Shown in pieces: positions 1 to 9,279 of a DNA stretch of 64,000 nt. Each line of letters opens with the position of its first letter. The first letter of the stretch is position 1. Made by a program: the position numbers and the translations under genes. Origin of the DNA: Dehalococcoidia bacterium (GTDB lineage Bacteria; Chloroflexota; Dehalococcoidia; Bin125); the NCBI GenBank assembly GCA_022822855.1, contig JAJDYG010000030.1, positions 161 to 64,160 on the forward strand, written 5' to 3'. A model generated the notes under the pieces. That model ran no database searches and was not told where the DNA came from. It worked only from the letters and a program-made list of their open reading frames with translations.

Positions 1-186
1 CACGCCGACGTGATGCGTGAGATGGGCCTGGCCGACGAGTTGGCGGGGGGATCGGAGGGCGATTCCGGATGTCCGCAGTGCGGACACGGGAATCGGGCAC
101 AGGAATCGATGCGGATGCTACGCGAGGAGGTTCTCGCCAGAAGAGAAGCCGAGGAAGCCGCAGAGGACGAGGAGGACCCCCATTGA
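1..186 (+). CDS. 3' end of a hypothetical protein (truncated by window edge), CPQCG motif and acidic tail
   Basis: Frame 1 is open from position 1 to TGA at 184-186 (HADVMREMGLADELAGGSEGDSGCPQCGHG...EAAEDEEDPH*), with GC-rich third positions. Confidence 0.5.
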   Translation, partial: HADVMREMGLADELAGGSEGDSGCPQCGHGNRAQESMRMLREEVLARREAEEAAEDEEDPH

Positions 187-277
187 CCCCCGGCCCCGAT
201 CGCGGCCGACCGTCCGGATAGAGGCGGCGAACTCGGCGCTGAACACGCCCTAGGCTGCGATCTATTGGAGTCTTCCC

Positions 278-613
278 ATGACGACGATGCGCCGCCGCCA
301 ACAGTTCAAGGCCGAGGTGTTGACCACGCGCGGCTCGCTCCTGACCGAGTGCTTTGCCATCGTTGACATCGAGACCACCCGCTCGGGCGATGTCCGTGAG
401 CGCTCCTGGCGCGGCAAGATCTCTTCCCTCTCCAATCCCGAGCACTCGCTCGGCGGGGCCTACCGACTGCGCCCGCGCGGCGAAGACGGCGATGGCGCGC
501 GGATCGAGATCGTCGACGGATTCGAGGAACGCCTCGGCGTCACCTCGGATGAATACGGCTTTATCGGCAGCGGCGATCCGCCCAAGCCGCCCGCCCGCCG
601 GCGGCGGCGATGA
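278..613 (+). CDS. hypothetical protein (111 aa)
   Basis: ATG with GGAG upstream; codon usage matches the host genes; no family recognised. Confidence 0.6.
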   Translation: MTTMRRRQQFKAEVLTTRGSLLTECFAIVDIETTRSGDVRERSWRGKISSLSNPEHSLGGAYRLRPRGEDGDGARIEIVDGFEERLGVTSDEYGFIGSGDPPKPPARRRRR

Positions 614-672
614 GAGCCCCCGACGACTACGATCAGTGACGAGCGACCGAACCAGGGATTGGGAAGAGCACG

Positions 673-1968
673 ATGGCGACAACCCACGCGGTAGATGCGT
701 CGACGGAGTTGAGACAGCAGGTTGAGGCGGCCAAAGCCGCGTCGCCGTCGCTGGGCTGGGCCTCGACCGAGCAGAAGAACGCCGTCCTGCAGGCTGCCGC
801 GAACCTGCTGCGGGCACGCCGCGATCAGATCGTCGCGGCCAACGCGGAGGACGTGGCCGAAGCCAGCGGACACCTGAGCGATGCGATGATCGACCGACTC
901 AAGCTGACCCCGGAGCGGGTCGAGGCGCTCGCCGTCTCGCTTGAGGACCTCGCCCTGCTCGATGATCCCGTCGGAGAGACGATCGACTCCACAACCACGG
1001 ATTCGGGTCTGGAGATCGAGCGCGTCCGGGTACCGCTCGGCGTGATCGCCTCGGTCTACGAGTCTCGCCCCAACGTGACCATCGACATCGGCGCGATCTG
1101 CCTCAAGTCCGGCAACGCGTCGGTCCTGCGCGGCGGTCGCGAGGCGCTCCGCTCGAATCGCCTCCTGGCCGACGTGCTCCGGGACGCGCTGGCCGGCAAT
1201 GACCTGCCCGCAGATGCGATCCAGTTGGTGCGCAGCACCGACCGCGCCCTGGTCGGCGAGATGCTGGCTATGAACGACCTGATCGACCTGATGGTCCCCC
1301 GAGGCGGTCAGGCGCTGATCAACCGCGTCCGGCGCGAGGCCTCGATGGCGGTCGTCGCCGGCGGGGTCGGCATCTGCCACACCTACATCGACGCCGCCGC
1401 CGACCTCGAGATGGCCTTGGCGGTGGTCGACAACGCCAAGCGCCGCCGGGTCAGCATCTGCAACGCGCTCGACGTGATGCTCGTCCACGAAGCGGTCGCC
1501 CCGCAGTTCCTGTCCGAGCTGGGACGCCGTTGGGCGGGCGATGGTCCGACGCCGGTCGAACTGCGCGCCGACGATCGGGCGATCGAAGCGCTCGCGGCGA
1601 CCGCCGCCAACGTGCATCCGGCCGGCCCCGACGACTTCGACACCGAGTTTCTCTCGCTGACGGCCGCGGTGGGCGTGGTCGATGACGCCGACGCCGCCCT
1701 GGCACATATCGCCGAGCACGGCAGCGGTCACTCCGAAGCCGTGATCACGACCGACGAAGCCCTGGGCCAACGTTTCCTGCGCGAAGTCGACGCCGCCGCC
1801 GTCTACGTCAACGCCTCGACCCAGTTCACCGACGGCGGCCAGTTCGGCCTCGGGGCCGAGGTCGGCATCTCCACCGGCAAACTGCACGCCCGGGGTCCTA
1901 TGGGTCTGCGCGAGCTGACCTCGTACAAGTGGGTAATCCGCGGCGACGGCCACATCCGTCCCGTCTGA
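673..1968 (+). CDS. proA: glutamate-5-semialdehyde dehydrogenase (gamma-glutamyl phosphate reductase)
   Basis: Motifs RVPLGVI..YESRPNVT, KSGNASVLRGGREA, ICNALD, NASTQFTDGGQFGLGAEVGISTGKLHARGPMGL. Confidence 0.97.
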   Translation: MATTHAVDASTELRQQVEAAKAASPSLGWASTEQKNAVLQAAANLLRARRDQIVAANAEDVAEASGHLSDAMIDRLKLTPERVEALAVSLEDLALLDDPVGETIDSTTTDSGLEIERVRVPLGVIASVYESRPNVTIDIGAICLKSGNASVLRGGREALRSNRLLADVLRDALAGNDLPADAIQLVRSTDRALVGEMLAMNDLIDLMVPRGGQALINRVRREASMAVVAGGVGICHTYIDAAADLEMALAVVDNAKRRRVSICNALDVMLVHEAVAPQFLSELGRRWAGDGPTPVELRADDRAIEALAATAANVHPAGPDDFDTEFLSLTAAVGVVDDADAALAHIAEHGSGHSEAVITTDEALGQRFLREVDAAAVYVNASTQFTDGGQFGLGAEVGISTGKLHARGPMGLRELTSYKWVIRGDGHIRPV

Positions 1969-1992
1969 GCCGTGTCTGAGAGAGAACGAACC

Positions 1993-2982
1993 ATGACCGA
2001 GAGACCATCACCCACAGCCGCCGGCGCAGCGATGCGCGCCGCCGCCAACGACTTCGCCAACAGCCTGAACGCCGAGCAGCGCGCGACGACGATCTACGAC
2101 TTCATGGATGGCGAGCGGATCTTCTGGTACTACCCGCCGACCAATCGTCACGGCCTGCCGCTACGCGGCATGAGCGAGGCCCAGCGCGGCCTCGCCCTGG
2201 ATCTGATGAAGTCCGGGCTCAGCCAGCGGGCCTATGACCAGGCGGTCGGGATCATCGACCTTGAAGTGATCCTCGGCGAGATCGAACTCGGCGCCGGCCG
2301 CAAGACCTTCAAGCGCGACCCTGAGCTCTACTACTGGACGATCTTCGGCGATCCCTCCAACGACGAATCGCCCTGGGGCTGGCGCGTCGAAGGACATCAC
2401 ATCTCGCTCAACTTCTCCCTCTGGGGCGACGGTCTGCTCGCGCTGACGCCGTTTTTCTTCGGCACCAATCCGGCCGAGGTCCGCAAAGGACCTCAGACCG
2501 GACTGCGCATCCTCGACCAGCGCGAGGATCTCGCCTTCGACCTGATGGTCTCGCTCGACGCGGAGCAGTCGGAGCGCGCCGTGATCTACCCCGAAGCTCC
2601 CTGGGACATCCTCACCTTCAACGCCTCCCGCGCCGTCATGCCCGCCTACGAGGGGCTGGCCGCCTCGGAGATGGACGACGACCAGCGCGCAGTCCTGGAT
2701 CGCTTGATCGATCTGTACGTTGATCAGGCCCCGCCCGATCTCGCCGACGATCGCCGCGCTCGAATCGCCGCCGCCGGCCGCGACGGCATGCACTTCGCCT
2801 GGGCCGGACCGGCTCAGACCGGCGAGCCGCATTACTATCGGATCCACGGCGGCAACTTCCTCGTCGAGTTCGACAATCGCCAGAACGGGGCCAATCATAT
2901 CCACTCCGTCTGGCGCGATGTCGAGAACGATTTCGCTAACGATGTCCTCGGCGACCACCTGATCCTCTATCACGTCCTCTAG
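1993..2982 (+). CDS. DUF3500-family protein
   Basis: WGWRVEGHHISLNF, PFFFGTNP and HYYRIHG...NHIHSVWRD motifs recalled for DUF3500. Confidence 0.8.
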   Translation: MTERPSPTAAGAAMRAAANDFANSLNAEQRATTIYDFMDGERIFWYYPPTNRHGLPLRGMSEAQRGLALDLMKSGLSQRAYDQAVGIIDLEVILGEIELGAGRKTFKRDPELYYWTIFGDPSNDESPWGWRVEGHHISLNFSLWGDGLLALTPFFFGTNPAEVRKGPQTGLRILDQREDLAFDLMVSLDAEQSERAVIYPEAPWDILTFNASRAVMPAYEGLAASEMDDDQRAVLDRLIDLYVDQAPPDLADDRRARIAAAGRDGMHFAWAGPAQTGEPHYYRIHGGNFLVEFDNRQNGANHIHSVWRDVENDFANDVLGDHLILYHVL

Positions 2983-3016
2983 CGGCGGCCTGAAGACGCG
3001 GGGAGGCGGAGAGACG

Positions 3017-3307
3017 ATGTTTCACTACGAACGCGAAAGCCGCACGGCCCAGTCCGAGTGCTACGTCGTGGAAAATGAAACCGGCTCGCGCGCGCGGGTC
3101 GATCTGCACTACGCCTCGCCTCTGGTCTACGCCACGCTCTGCGTGCCCGAGGCATGGGCCGAGGAAGATATCCAGGACGTGATCGCCGACATGGACGATC
3201 GCTGGGCGTTGACCGCCGACCCGCTGCGCGATGACCTGATTGTGACCGTCTGGCGAGGCCAGGAGGTCGGCGTGTACTCACAGGAAGATGGAGGGGCCGA
3301 TGACTAG
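3017..3307 (+). CDS. small hypothetical protein (96 aa)
   Basis: GGAG RBS, host-like codon usage, overlaps the start of the next ORF. Confidence 0.75.
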   Translation: MFHYERESRTAQSECYVVENETGSRARVDLHYASPLVYATLCVPEAWAEEDIQDVIADMDDRWALTADPLRDDLIVTVWRGQEVGVYSQEDGGADD

Positions 3308-3725
3308 CGAGGACGTAACGAGCGCCGAGCCGCAGACCGAGGAAGAAGCCGCCGACGCGCTGCAGATGCTGTTCGACGGGCACGTCGACGTGATGCTTCC
3401 GCCGGAAGAGATCGAGGAATTCCACGACTTCATCCGCGAGGAGGCGCTCATGCGCCGGCGTTTCGCGGTTTCGTTTCGTCTCGAATGCCGCTGCCTGGCC
3501 TGGATTGGCTACTCGCTCGCCAACATCGTCACCCACGAGGACGGCATCGAGTTCAAGGCCAATCCGATGCAGACCTACGTCCCCGACCACGAGCCCGACG
3601 TCGAGCATCCCGAGGGCGCAACCGAAGATCCGCCGGAACAGTTCCTCGACTGGCCGATCTGGCCGCTTGAGATTTATCAGGACGAACTCGAGGAAGAACT
3701 GGACGAAGACGAGGTCGAGGAATGA
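3300..3725 (+). CDS. acidic hypothetical protein
   Basis: GGAGG RBS before ATG 3300; ATGA overlap with the downstream HAD gene. Confidence 0.75.
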   Translation: MTSEDVTSAEPQTEEEAADALQMLFDGHVDVMLPPEEIEEFHDFIREEALMRRRFAVSFRLECRCLAWIGYSLANIVTHEDGIEFKANPMQTYVPDHEPDVEHPEGATEDPPEQFLDWPIWPLEIYQDELEEELDEDEVEE

Positions 3726-4450
3726 GCGGAGCCAACGGCCGCTTCGCCGCCGTCTTCTTCGACCTTGACGGCACGCTGGTCAGCGAACGCAGCGGCGTTC
3801 GCGAGGCCCGCACCGCGGTCGGAGCGCGGCTGATCGAACTCGGCCTCTATCGCAAGCCCGCCTCAGCCTTTGCCGATACGGTCGAAACGGTGATCGGCGG
3901 GATCATGGAGGACAATGACTGGCAGTGGCCGCTCTGGCTCCATGCCGAGGAATGGATGAAGCGCAGCCTGGCAGTCGAGGAGATCGCGGTCGGCGAGGAT
4001 GAGTTCCGCGAACTCAATCAGGTCTACCGCGATGAGCGCAGCGATCGGGCGGCGGCGATCGCGGGCTGGCCCGAGGTGCTGTCGGCCGCCCGTACTCACG
4101 GTCCGATCGGCCTGATCACCAACTTCAACGACGGTTCGATGCAACGTGAGAAGATCCGCGGCGCAGGCCTCGAGGGTCAGTTCAACGGCGTCTACATCTC
4201 CGGCGAGGTCGGCCTCTGGAAACCCGAGCCCGGCATCTTCGAGCATGCCGCGCGAGACCTGGACGTCGACCCCCGAGACTGCGTCCACATCGGCAACAGC
4301 ATCCAATCCGACGTCGAAGGCGCGCTCTCAGCGGGGATGCAGGCGGTGTTGGTCGAGGAAGACGATCGGCCAAGGCCGCCAGGTCTGAATGGCGACGTGG
4401 TCTGGTGTGCGGATCTGTTGGGAGTGGCGAGCTGGCTCGAGGGAGGATAG
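3722..4450 (+). CDS. HAD-superfamily hydrolase (YjjG/HAD-IA like)
   Basis: Motif I FDLDGTL, motif II LITN, motif III KP, motif IV HIGNSIQSDVEGA. Confidence 0.9.
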   Translation: MSGANGRFAAVFFDLDGTLVSERSGVREARTAVGARLIELGLYRKPASAFADTVETVIGGIMEDNDWQWPLWLHAEEWMKRSLAVEEIAVGEDEFRELNQVYRDERSDRAAAIAGWPEVLSAARTHGPIGLITNFNDGSMQREKIRGAGLEGQFNGVYISGEVGLWKPEPGIFEHAARDLDVDPRDCVHIGNSIQSDVEGALSAGMQAVLVEEDDRPRPPGLNGDVVWCADLLGVASWLEGG

Positions 4451-4453
4451 AGC

Positions 4454-4786
4454 GTGCGGCGGCGCCCCAGGCCCTCAGCGCTAGATATTCGCCCGGGATC
4501 CAGCGACAAGTTGGCCCAAAGGGAATTCGACTTGGAAGATGCCAAATTCGCGTTCGAACACAATCCTCATTGGAGGTGGCAGAATCCCAAGCCTCGGGTA
4601 TCTGATGGGCGGACGACAGGCATGCAACCGGGACGTTGGAGAATGACCGGGCGTGGCTTGAGTGGCCAGATACTGACTTTCATTATCGAGCCGCCGGATA
4701 TGAGTGGTACTTCATATGTTGTTACGGGGTGGGTTGCGTCGCCACAGGACCGAAAGCGATACAATCGGAAGCAATGGAAAACCTAG
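4454..4786 (+). CDS. putative BrnT/RelE-fold toxin-like protein
   Basis: Small basic protein (KLAQREFDLEDAKFAF...RWRMTGRG...ILTFII...VVTGWVASPQDRKRY) resembling BrnT; lower GC than flanks. Confidence 0.5.
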   Translation: MRRRPRPSALDIRPGSSDKLAQREFDLEDAKFAFEHNPHWRWQNPKPRVSDGRTTGMQPGRWRMTGRGLSGQILTFIIEPPDMSGTSYVVTGWVASPQDRKRYNRKQWKT

Positions 4787-4965
4787 CAGATGATGAGCAG
4801 CGGGCTTGGTTAGAGTCGCTCAAGCCGGACGTGCGTCGGCTCGTGGAGGCCGAGATCGCCCTATACGACGACGAGGATATCTGGGAGTTTGAGGAAGTCG
4901 AAGATGGCGATTGGGAGTCTTCGCCTTGGACTGGGGCAGAGTCGGAAGTGGTCGCTGCGGACTAA
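4774..4965 (+). CDS. small acidic protein, putative antitoxin
   Basis: ATG 4774 overlaps the 3' end of the toxin-like ORF; 63 aa, very acidic. Confidence 0.4.
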   Translation: MENLADDEQRAWLESLKPDVRRLVEAEIALYDDEDIWEFEEVEDGDWESSPWTGAESEVVAAD

Positions 4966-4982
4966 GCTGCCGGCCTCGCTGA

Positions 4983-5936
4983 TCACTTCCGCTCGATTGC
5001 TTGCTTTGCGGTGTCAACTACCGATTCCGCCGTCAATCCATACTTGGTAAGCAGTGACTGCCAAGGTCCAGACTGACCGAAGGTGTCGTTGATCCCGACC
5101 TGCTCCATCGGGGTTGGCCGATGCAGGGCCAGCGTGCGAGCGACGGCAGAACCCAGGCCTCCGATGACGTTGTGCTCCTCGGCGCAGACGATGGCGCCCG
5201 TCTGCTCTGCCGCCCGAATGATCGCCTCATCGTCGAGCGGCTTCAACGTGGCCATGTTCAGTACCCGAGCTGAGATTCCTGCCTCAGAGAGAGCGTCGGC
5301 AGCGTGCAGCGTCGGCTCGACCATCAGGCCGCAGGCAATCAAGGTCACGTCGCTGCCGTCGCGGAGTTGATCGGCCCTGCCCAGCTCGAACGAGGCGCCG
5401 TCGGTGTAAACGACGGGCAGCTTGGGCCGGCCGAGTCGGATGTACCACGGTTCCTCATCTTCGGCGGCACTGCGGATCATGGCGTCGGCCTCGACCGCGT
5501 CGCAGGGCACGACCACGTTCATACCGGGCAGCGAGGTCATCAGCGCCAGATCCTCGATCGCCTGCGCCGAGGCGCCGTCCTCGCCGACCGAGATGCCGCC
5601 GTGCGAGGCGACCAGCTTGACGTTCATCCGCTGTTGCGCGATGTGTACTCGAATCTGGTCGAAGCAGTGACCCGGCATGAACACGGCGAAGGAGGCGGCG
5701 TACACCGTCTTGCCAGTCGACGCCAGTCCGGCGGCGATGCTGATCATGTTGGCTTCCGCCGCGCCAACAGTGAACCAACGCTCGGGGAATGACGCGGCAA
5801 GCTTGTTCCCGCCCGTCGAAGCGGAAAGGTCGGCGTCGAGGGCGACGATGTCGCACCCGGCTTCGGCCAACTTGACCAGGGCCGGGCCGTACGCTTCGCG
5901 AGTTGCGGCTGGCGGAGGCGCTGCGGTGGTTGTCAT
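4983..5936 (-). CDS. transketolase, C-terminal (pyrimidine-binding) subunit
   Basis: DADLSAST, GAAEANM, SHGGISVGEDGASAQ, EEHNVIGGLGSAV. Confidence 0.93.
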   Translation of the reverse strand: MTTTAAPPPAATREAYGPALVKLAEAGCDIVALDADLSASTGGNKLAASFPERWFTVGAAEANMISIAAGLASTGKTVYAASFAVFMPGHCFDQIRVHIAQQRMNVKLVASHGGISVGEDGASAQAIEDLALMTSLPGMNVVVPCDAVEADAMIRSAAEDEEPWYIRLGRPKLPVVYTDGASFELGRADQLRDGSDVTLIACGLMVEPTLHAADALSEAGISARVLNMATLKPLDDEAIIRAAEQTGAIVCAEEHNVIGGLGSAVARTLALHRPTPMEQVGINDTFGQSGPWQSLLTKYGLTAESVVDTAKQAIERK

Positions 5937-6817
5937 TGGAGCCCCGCCTCGATTTCCTTGAGCGCCTGGGCCAGTTGCTCGTCCGACGGTCCTTTGCCGT
6001 GCCAGCCGGCCGGGTTTTCGGCCATGAACGAGACGCCGCGTCCTTTGACGGTCTCGCAGATCACCACTTGGGGAGCGTCGGTCCGCGCCCGCGCCGTCAA
6101 CAGGGCGTCGCGAACGGCTTCGACGTCATGGCCGTCGACGTGTTGCACGCCCCAGCCAAACGCCTGCCATTTGTCGCCGACGGGATCGATCCGCATGATC
6201 TCGTCGCCGGGACCATCGTTCTGGAAGTGGTTGCGGTCGAGGATGGCCGTGATCCGATGCAGCCCGAAGTGCGAGGCTGACATGATCGCCTCCCAGTTCT
6301 GTCCTTCGTTCAATTCGCCGTCGCCGATGACGACGAAGATCTGACCTTCGTCGTTGCCCAAACCGTTGAGCTGGTGCCCGAGCGCGATCCCGACGGCGAA
6401 AGAGAGTCCCATGCCCAACGCGCCGCCCGACATCTCGACGCCGGATGGCTTGTTGCGCACCACGTGTCCCTGCAGCTCCGTTCCCAATGAGCGAAAGGTT
6501 GGAATCAGATCGGCGCTGAAGTAGCCCGCCTCGGCCAGGGTGGCGTAAACGACCGGCGTGGCGTGTCCTTTGCTCAGGATCACTCGGTCACGTCGCTCCC
6601 ACTGCGGATTGGCCGGGTCGTGCCGCGCGACGCCGCCGAAATAGAGCGCGGCGAAGATCTCGGTTGAGGAAAGCGAACCGCCGGGATGTCCGGACTGGGC
6701 GGCGTGAGTCATCTCCACGATGTGTCGTCTGATCCGCTGACACACGCCGAGCAACGCATCGGTGTCAACGGTGGTCGCGGTTCCCGCAACGGACTGCGGC
6801 ACGGGCTTTGTGGTCAT
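5933..6817 (-). CDS. transketolase, N-terminal (TPP-binding) subunit
   Basis: SGHPGGSLS, DRVILSKGH, TPP motif GDGELNEG...N, ETVKGRG; ATGA overlap with the C-terminal subunit gene. Confidence 0.93.
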   Translation of the reverse strand: MTTKPVPQSVAGTATTVDTDALLGVCQRIRRHIVEMTHAAQSGHPGGSLSSTEIFAALYFGGVARHDPANPQWERRDRVILSKGHATPVVYATLAEAGYFSADLIPTFRSLGTELQGHVVRNKPSGVEMSGGALGMGLSFAVGIALGHQLNGLGNDEGQIFVVIGDGELNEGQNWEAIMSASHFGLHRITAILDRNHFQNDGPGDEIMRIDPVGDKWQAFGWGVQHVDGHDVEAVRDALLTARARTDAPQVVICETVKGRGVSFMAENPAGWHGKGPSDEQLAQALKEIEAGLQ

Positions 6818-6925
6818 ATGGCTCTGGATTTCACTGGCAATGAGATGCTGCGAGAGCGCACAATCATGCTAGTGGCGGATCGGGATTGCAGATAGGAAGC
6901 TCTGGATAACAGGGAGAAGAAGCGG

Positions 6926-7498
6926 ATGCGGTTGTTCATTGAGGCAGTCGTCGAACCCTCGGCCCTGGACGAGGTCTGGTCGGTTGGAAATCGGATGCGA
7001 AGCGAACCGGGTTTCCCAGTCGGCGCGGTGCGCTGGGTCAAACCGGAGGCCATGCACCTGACGCTTCGCTTCCTGGGCGACGTGGATCGGAAGAGACTCG
7101 AGGGGGTGATGACGGCTGTTGCGAGGTTGGAAGGCAGTGGCCGCATCGAGCTTCGGATGGTTGAGGTCGGATCATTCGGCGCCCGCAGTCCCAGGATCGT
7201 ATGGGTTGGCCTGGCTCGCGATCAGGGATTCGAGGCGCTACGACACTTGCGTCGGCGTCTTGACCAAGCGCTAAACGGCGCCGGATTCGAGCCTGAACAG
7301 GCTTCGTTCCGGCCGCACCTGACGCTCGGCCGGGTGCGCAGGCAGGCGACGAGGCAAGATCGGGCGAGCATTCGCGCAGCCGTCGAGGCGGCGGCCGAAC
7401 TGGACATCGCGACATCCTTACAGCGCGTGGCGTTGGTCGAGTCGACATTGTTGAAAGATGGGCCGCGCTACCGTCGTCTGGCGTTCGCCGAGTTGTAA
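6926..7498 (+). CDS. thpR: RNA 2',3'-cyclic phosphodiesterase (2H phosphoesterase, LigT-like)
   Basis: MRLFI start; two HxT motifs (HLTLRFLG, PHLTLGR). Confidence 0.9.
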   Translation: MRLFIEAVVEPSALDEVWSVGNRMRSEPGFPVGAVRWVKPEAMHLTLRFLGDVDRKRLEGVMTAVARLEGSGRIELRMVEVGSFGARSPRIVWVGLARDQGFEALRHLRRRLDQALNGAGFEPEQASFRPHLTLGRVRRQATRQDRASIRAAVEAAAELDIATSLQRVALVESTLLKDGPRYRRLAFAEL

Positions 7499-7551
7499 CA
7501 TTCGGGTGTACCATTGCCCGCCCGGCGGAGCGATTTCGAGGGAGTTGAGCG

Positions 7552-7812
7552 ATGCAGAGCAGCCTCATCTCGAAGATCGAGAAGGCGCGTATCTACGCGG
7601 AAGAACGGGAACGGTTTCGCATGCTGTCGTTGCGCTGTGACGTGCGCGGGGACTCGAAAACGCATACAGCAGAACTCGGCGCCGAGGGCTGGCAGTGCGA
7701 CTGCCACTTCTTCCAGGACGCGAAGACCTGCTCGCACACGATGGCGCTCGAGCGAGTGCTCGACCAGATGCTCCCCGAGGCGTATCGCCCGGCGTTCCCG
7801 AGCGGGAAGTAG
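7552..7812 (+). CDS. small SWIM-type zinc-finger protein
   Basis: CxC-x8-CxH (CDCHFFQDAKTCSH); GGAG RBS. Confidence 0.75.
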   Translation: MQSSLISKIEKARIYAEERERFRMLSLRCDVRGDSKTHTAELGAEGWQCDCHFFQDAKTCSHTMALERVLDQMLPEAYRPAFPSGK

Positions 7813-7909
7813 CCGGTCGTCGCTCGTGACTCGCGGGCTCAGCCCGGGAGTGATGTCCCGTGTTGCTCCGTCCCGGGACGAGCAGAGCGTGCATTAGCCC
7901 TGTGCGTTC

Positions 7910-7940
7910 ACATCTCAGCGGCCGCGCTGCTGAGATGTTT
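7910..7940. terminator. hairpin between convergent genes, probable terminator
   Basis: acatctcagcggc / gctgctgagatgt inverted repeat followed by TT. Confidence 0.5.
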
Positions 7941-8001
7941 GAGTTATCCGCGGCAATCGCGGATACGGCTGAGGGACCTGGGACGGTGTGACTGAGTCCT
8001 G

Positions 8002-9279
8002 CTAGTCACCGTCGACGCGGCGGAAGACGAGGCAGGCATTCTGGCCGCCGAAGCCGAACGAGTTCTTGAGTACGGCATTGACCTCGGCCTGGCGGGACTC
8101 GTTGGGGACGTAGTCCAGGTCGCATTCGGGGTCGGGCGTGGTGTAGTTGATCGTCGGGTGGATCTCGCCGTCGGCAATCGACCTAATCGCAGCGATCGAT
8201 TCCAGACCGCCGGCGCCGCCGAAGATGTGACCGATCATTGACTTGGTCGAAGAGATCGGGATGTTGCGGGCGGCTTCGCCCAGAGCGATCTTGAGCGCGC
8301 GTGTCTCCGAAGCGTCGTTGAGCGGCGTGGAGGTGCCGTGAGCGTTGACGTAGTCGATCTCCTCCGGCTCGATTCCGGCGTCTTCCAGGGCCCAGTTGAT
8401 CGCGCGAATCGGCCCGGCGCCGTCGGCGTCGGGCATGACTAGATGGTGGGCGTCGGCCGAGGAACCGAAACCGGCCAGTTCGACCTGGTAGTCGACGCCG
8501 CGCCGGCGCGCCGACTCCTCTGATTCGAGCACGATGATGCCGGCGCCCTCGCCGGGGACGAAGCCGTCGCGGTCAGCGTCGAAGGGACGCGAAGCAGCGG
8601 TCGGATGCTCGTTCCTGGTGCTCAAGGCGCGCATGACAGCGAAGCCTCCGAGGCCGAGCTGGCAAAAGCCCGCCTCGGTGCCGCCGGAGATGACGATGTC
8701 GGCCTGGCCGTTGCGGATCACGTTGGCGGCGTCGCCGAGCGCCTGCGTACCGGCGGCGCAGGCGGTCACGACCGTGGTGTTGTAGCCAAGTAGGCCAAAC
8801 TGCATGGCGATGTTGGCCGCCGCCATGTTGGGCAGGACCTTGGGCAGGAAGAGCGGATCGAGCCGCATGCCGCCTCGCTCGAAGAGCGTGCTCGCCGTGG
8901 CCTGGATCTCGGGGTAGCCGCCCGCGCCGTTGCCGAGCACCACGCCGATTCGGCTGCGATCAACCGAATCCAGGTCCAGTTGGGCGTCCTGGAGCGCCTC
9001 GCGCGCCGCCGCGACGGCGAACTGGGAGAAGCGAGCCATGCGGCGGGCCGACTTCCGGTCGATGAAGTCGCGGGCGTCGAAGCCGCGGATCTCGCCCCCG
9101 ATGGTGCAACTGAAGCCGGAAATGTCGAAGTTCTCGATCGGCTTGATCGCGCTCTCGCCGGCCAACAGGCCGTCCCACAACAAGTCCACACCGGGCCCGT
9201 ATGGCGAGACGGCCCCCATTCCGGTGACGACCACTCGAGTGCGCTCGGAACGTTGAGAGGCTGGCTCGGACTCAGTCAT
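8002..9279 (-). CDS. fabF: beta-ketoacyl-ACP synthase II
   Basis: RVVVTGMG, TACAAG (catalytic Cys), NAHGTST, KSMIGH, NSFGFGGQN. Confidence 0.96.
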   Translation of the reverse strand: MTESEPASQRSERTRVVVTGMGAVSPYGPGVDLLWDGLLAGESAIKPIENFDISGFSCTIGGEIRGFDARDFIDRKSARRMARFSQFAVAAAREALQDAQLDLDSVDRSRIGVVLGNGAGGYPEIQATASTLFERGGMRLDPLFLPKVLPNMAAANIAMQFGLLGYNTTVVTACAAGTQALGDAANVIRNGQADIVISGGTEAGFCQLGLGGFAVMRALSTRNEHPTAASRPFDADRDGFVPGEGAGIIVLESEESARRRGVDYQVELAGFGSSADAHHLVMPDADGAGPIRAINWALEDAGIEPEEIDYVNAHGTSTPLNDASETRALKIALGEAARNIPISSTKSMIGHIFGGAGGLESIAAIRSIADGEIHPTINYTTPDPECDLDYVPNESRQAEVNAVLKNSFGFGGQNACLVFRRVDGD

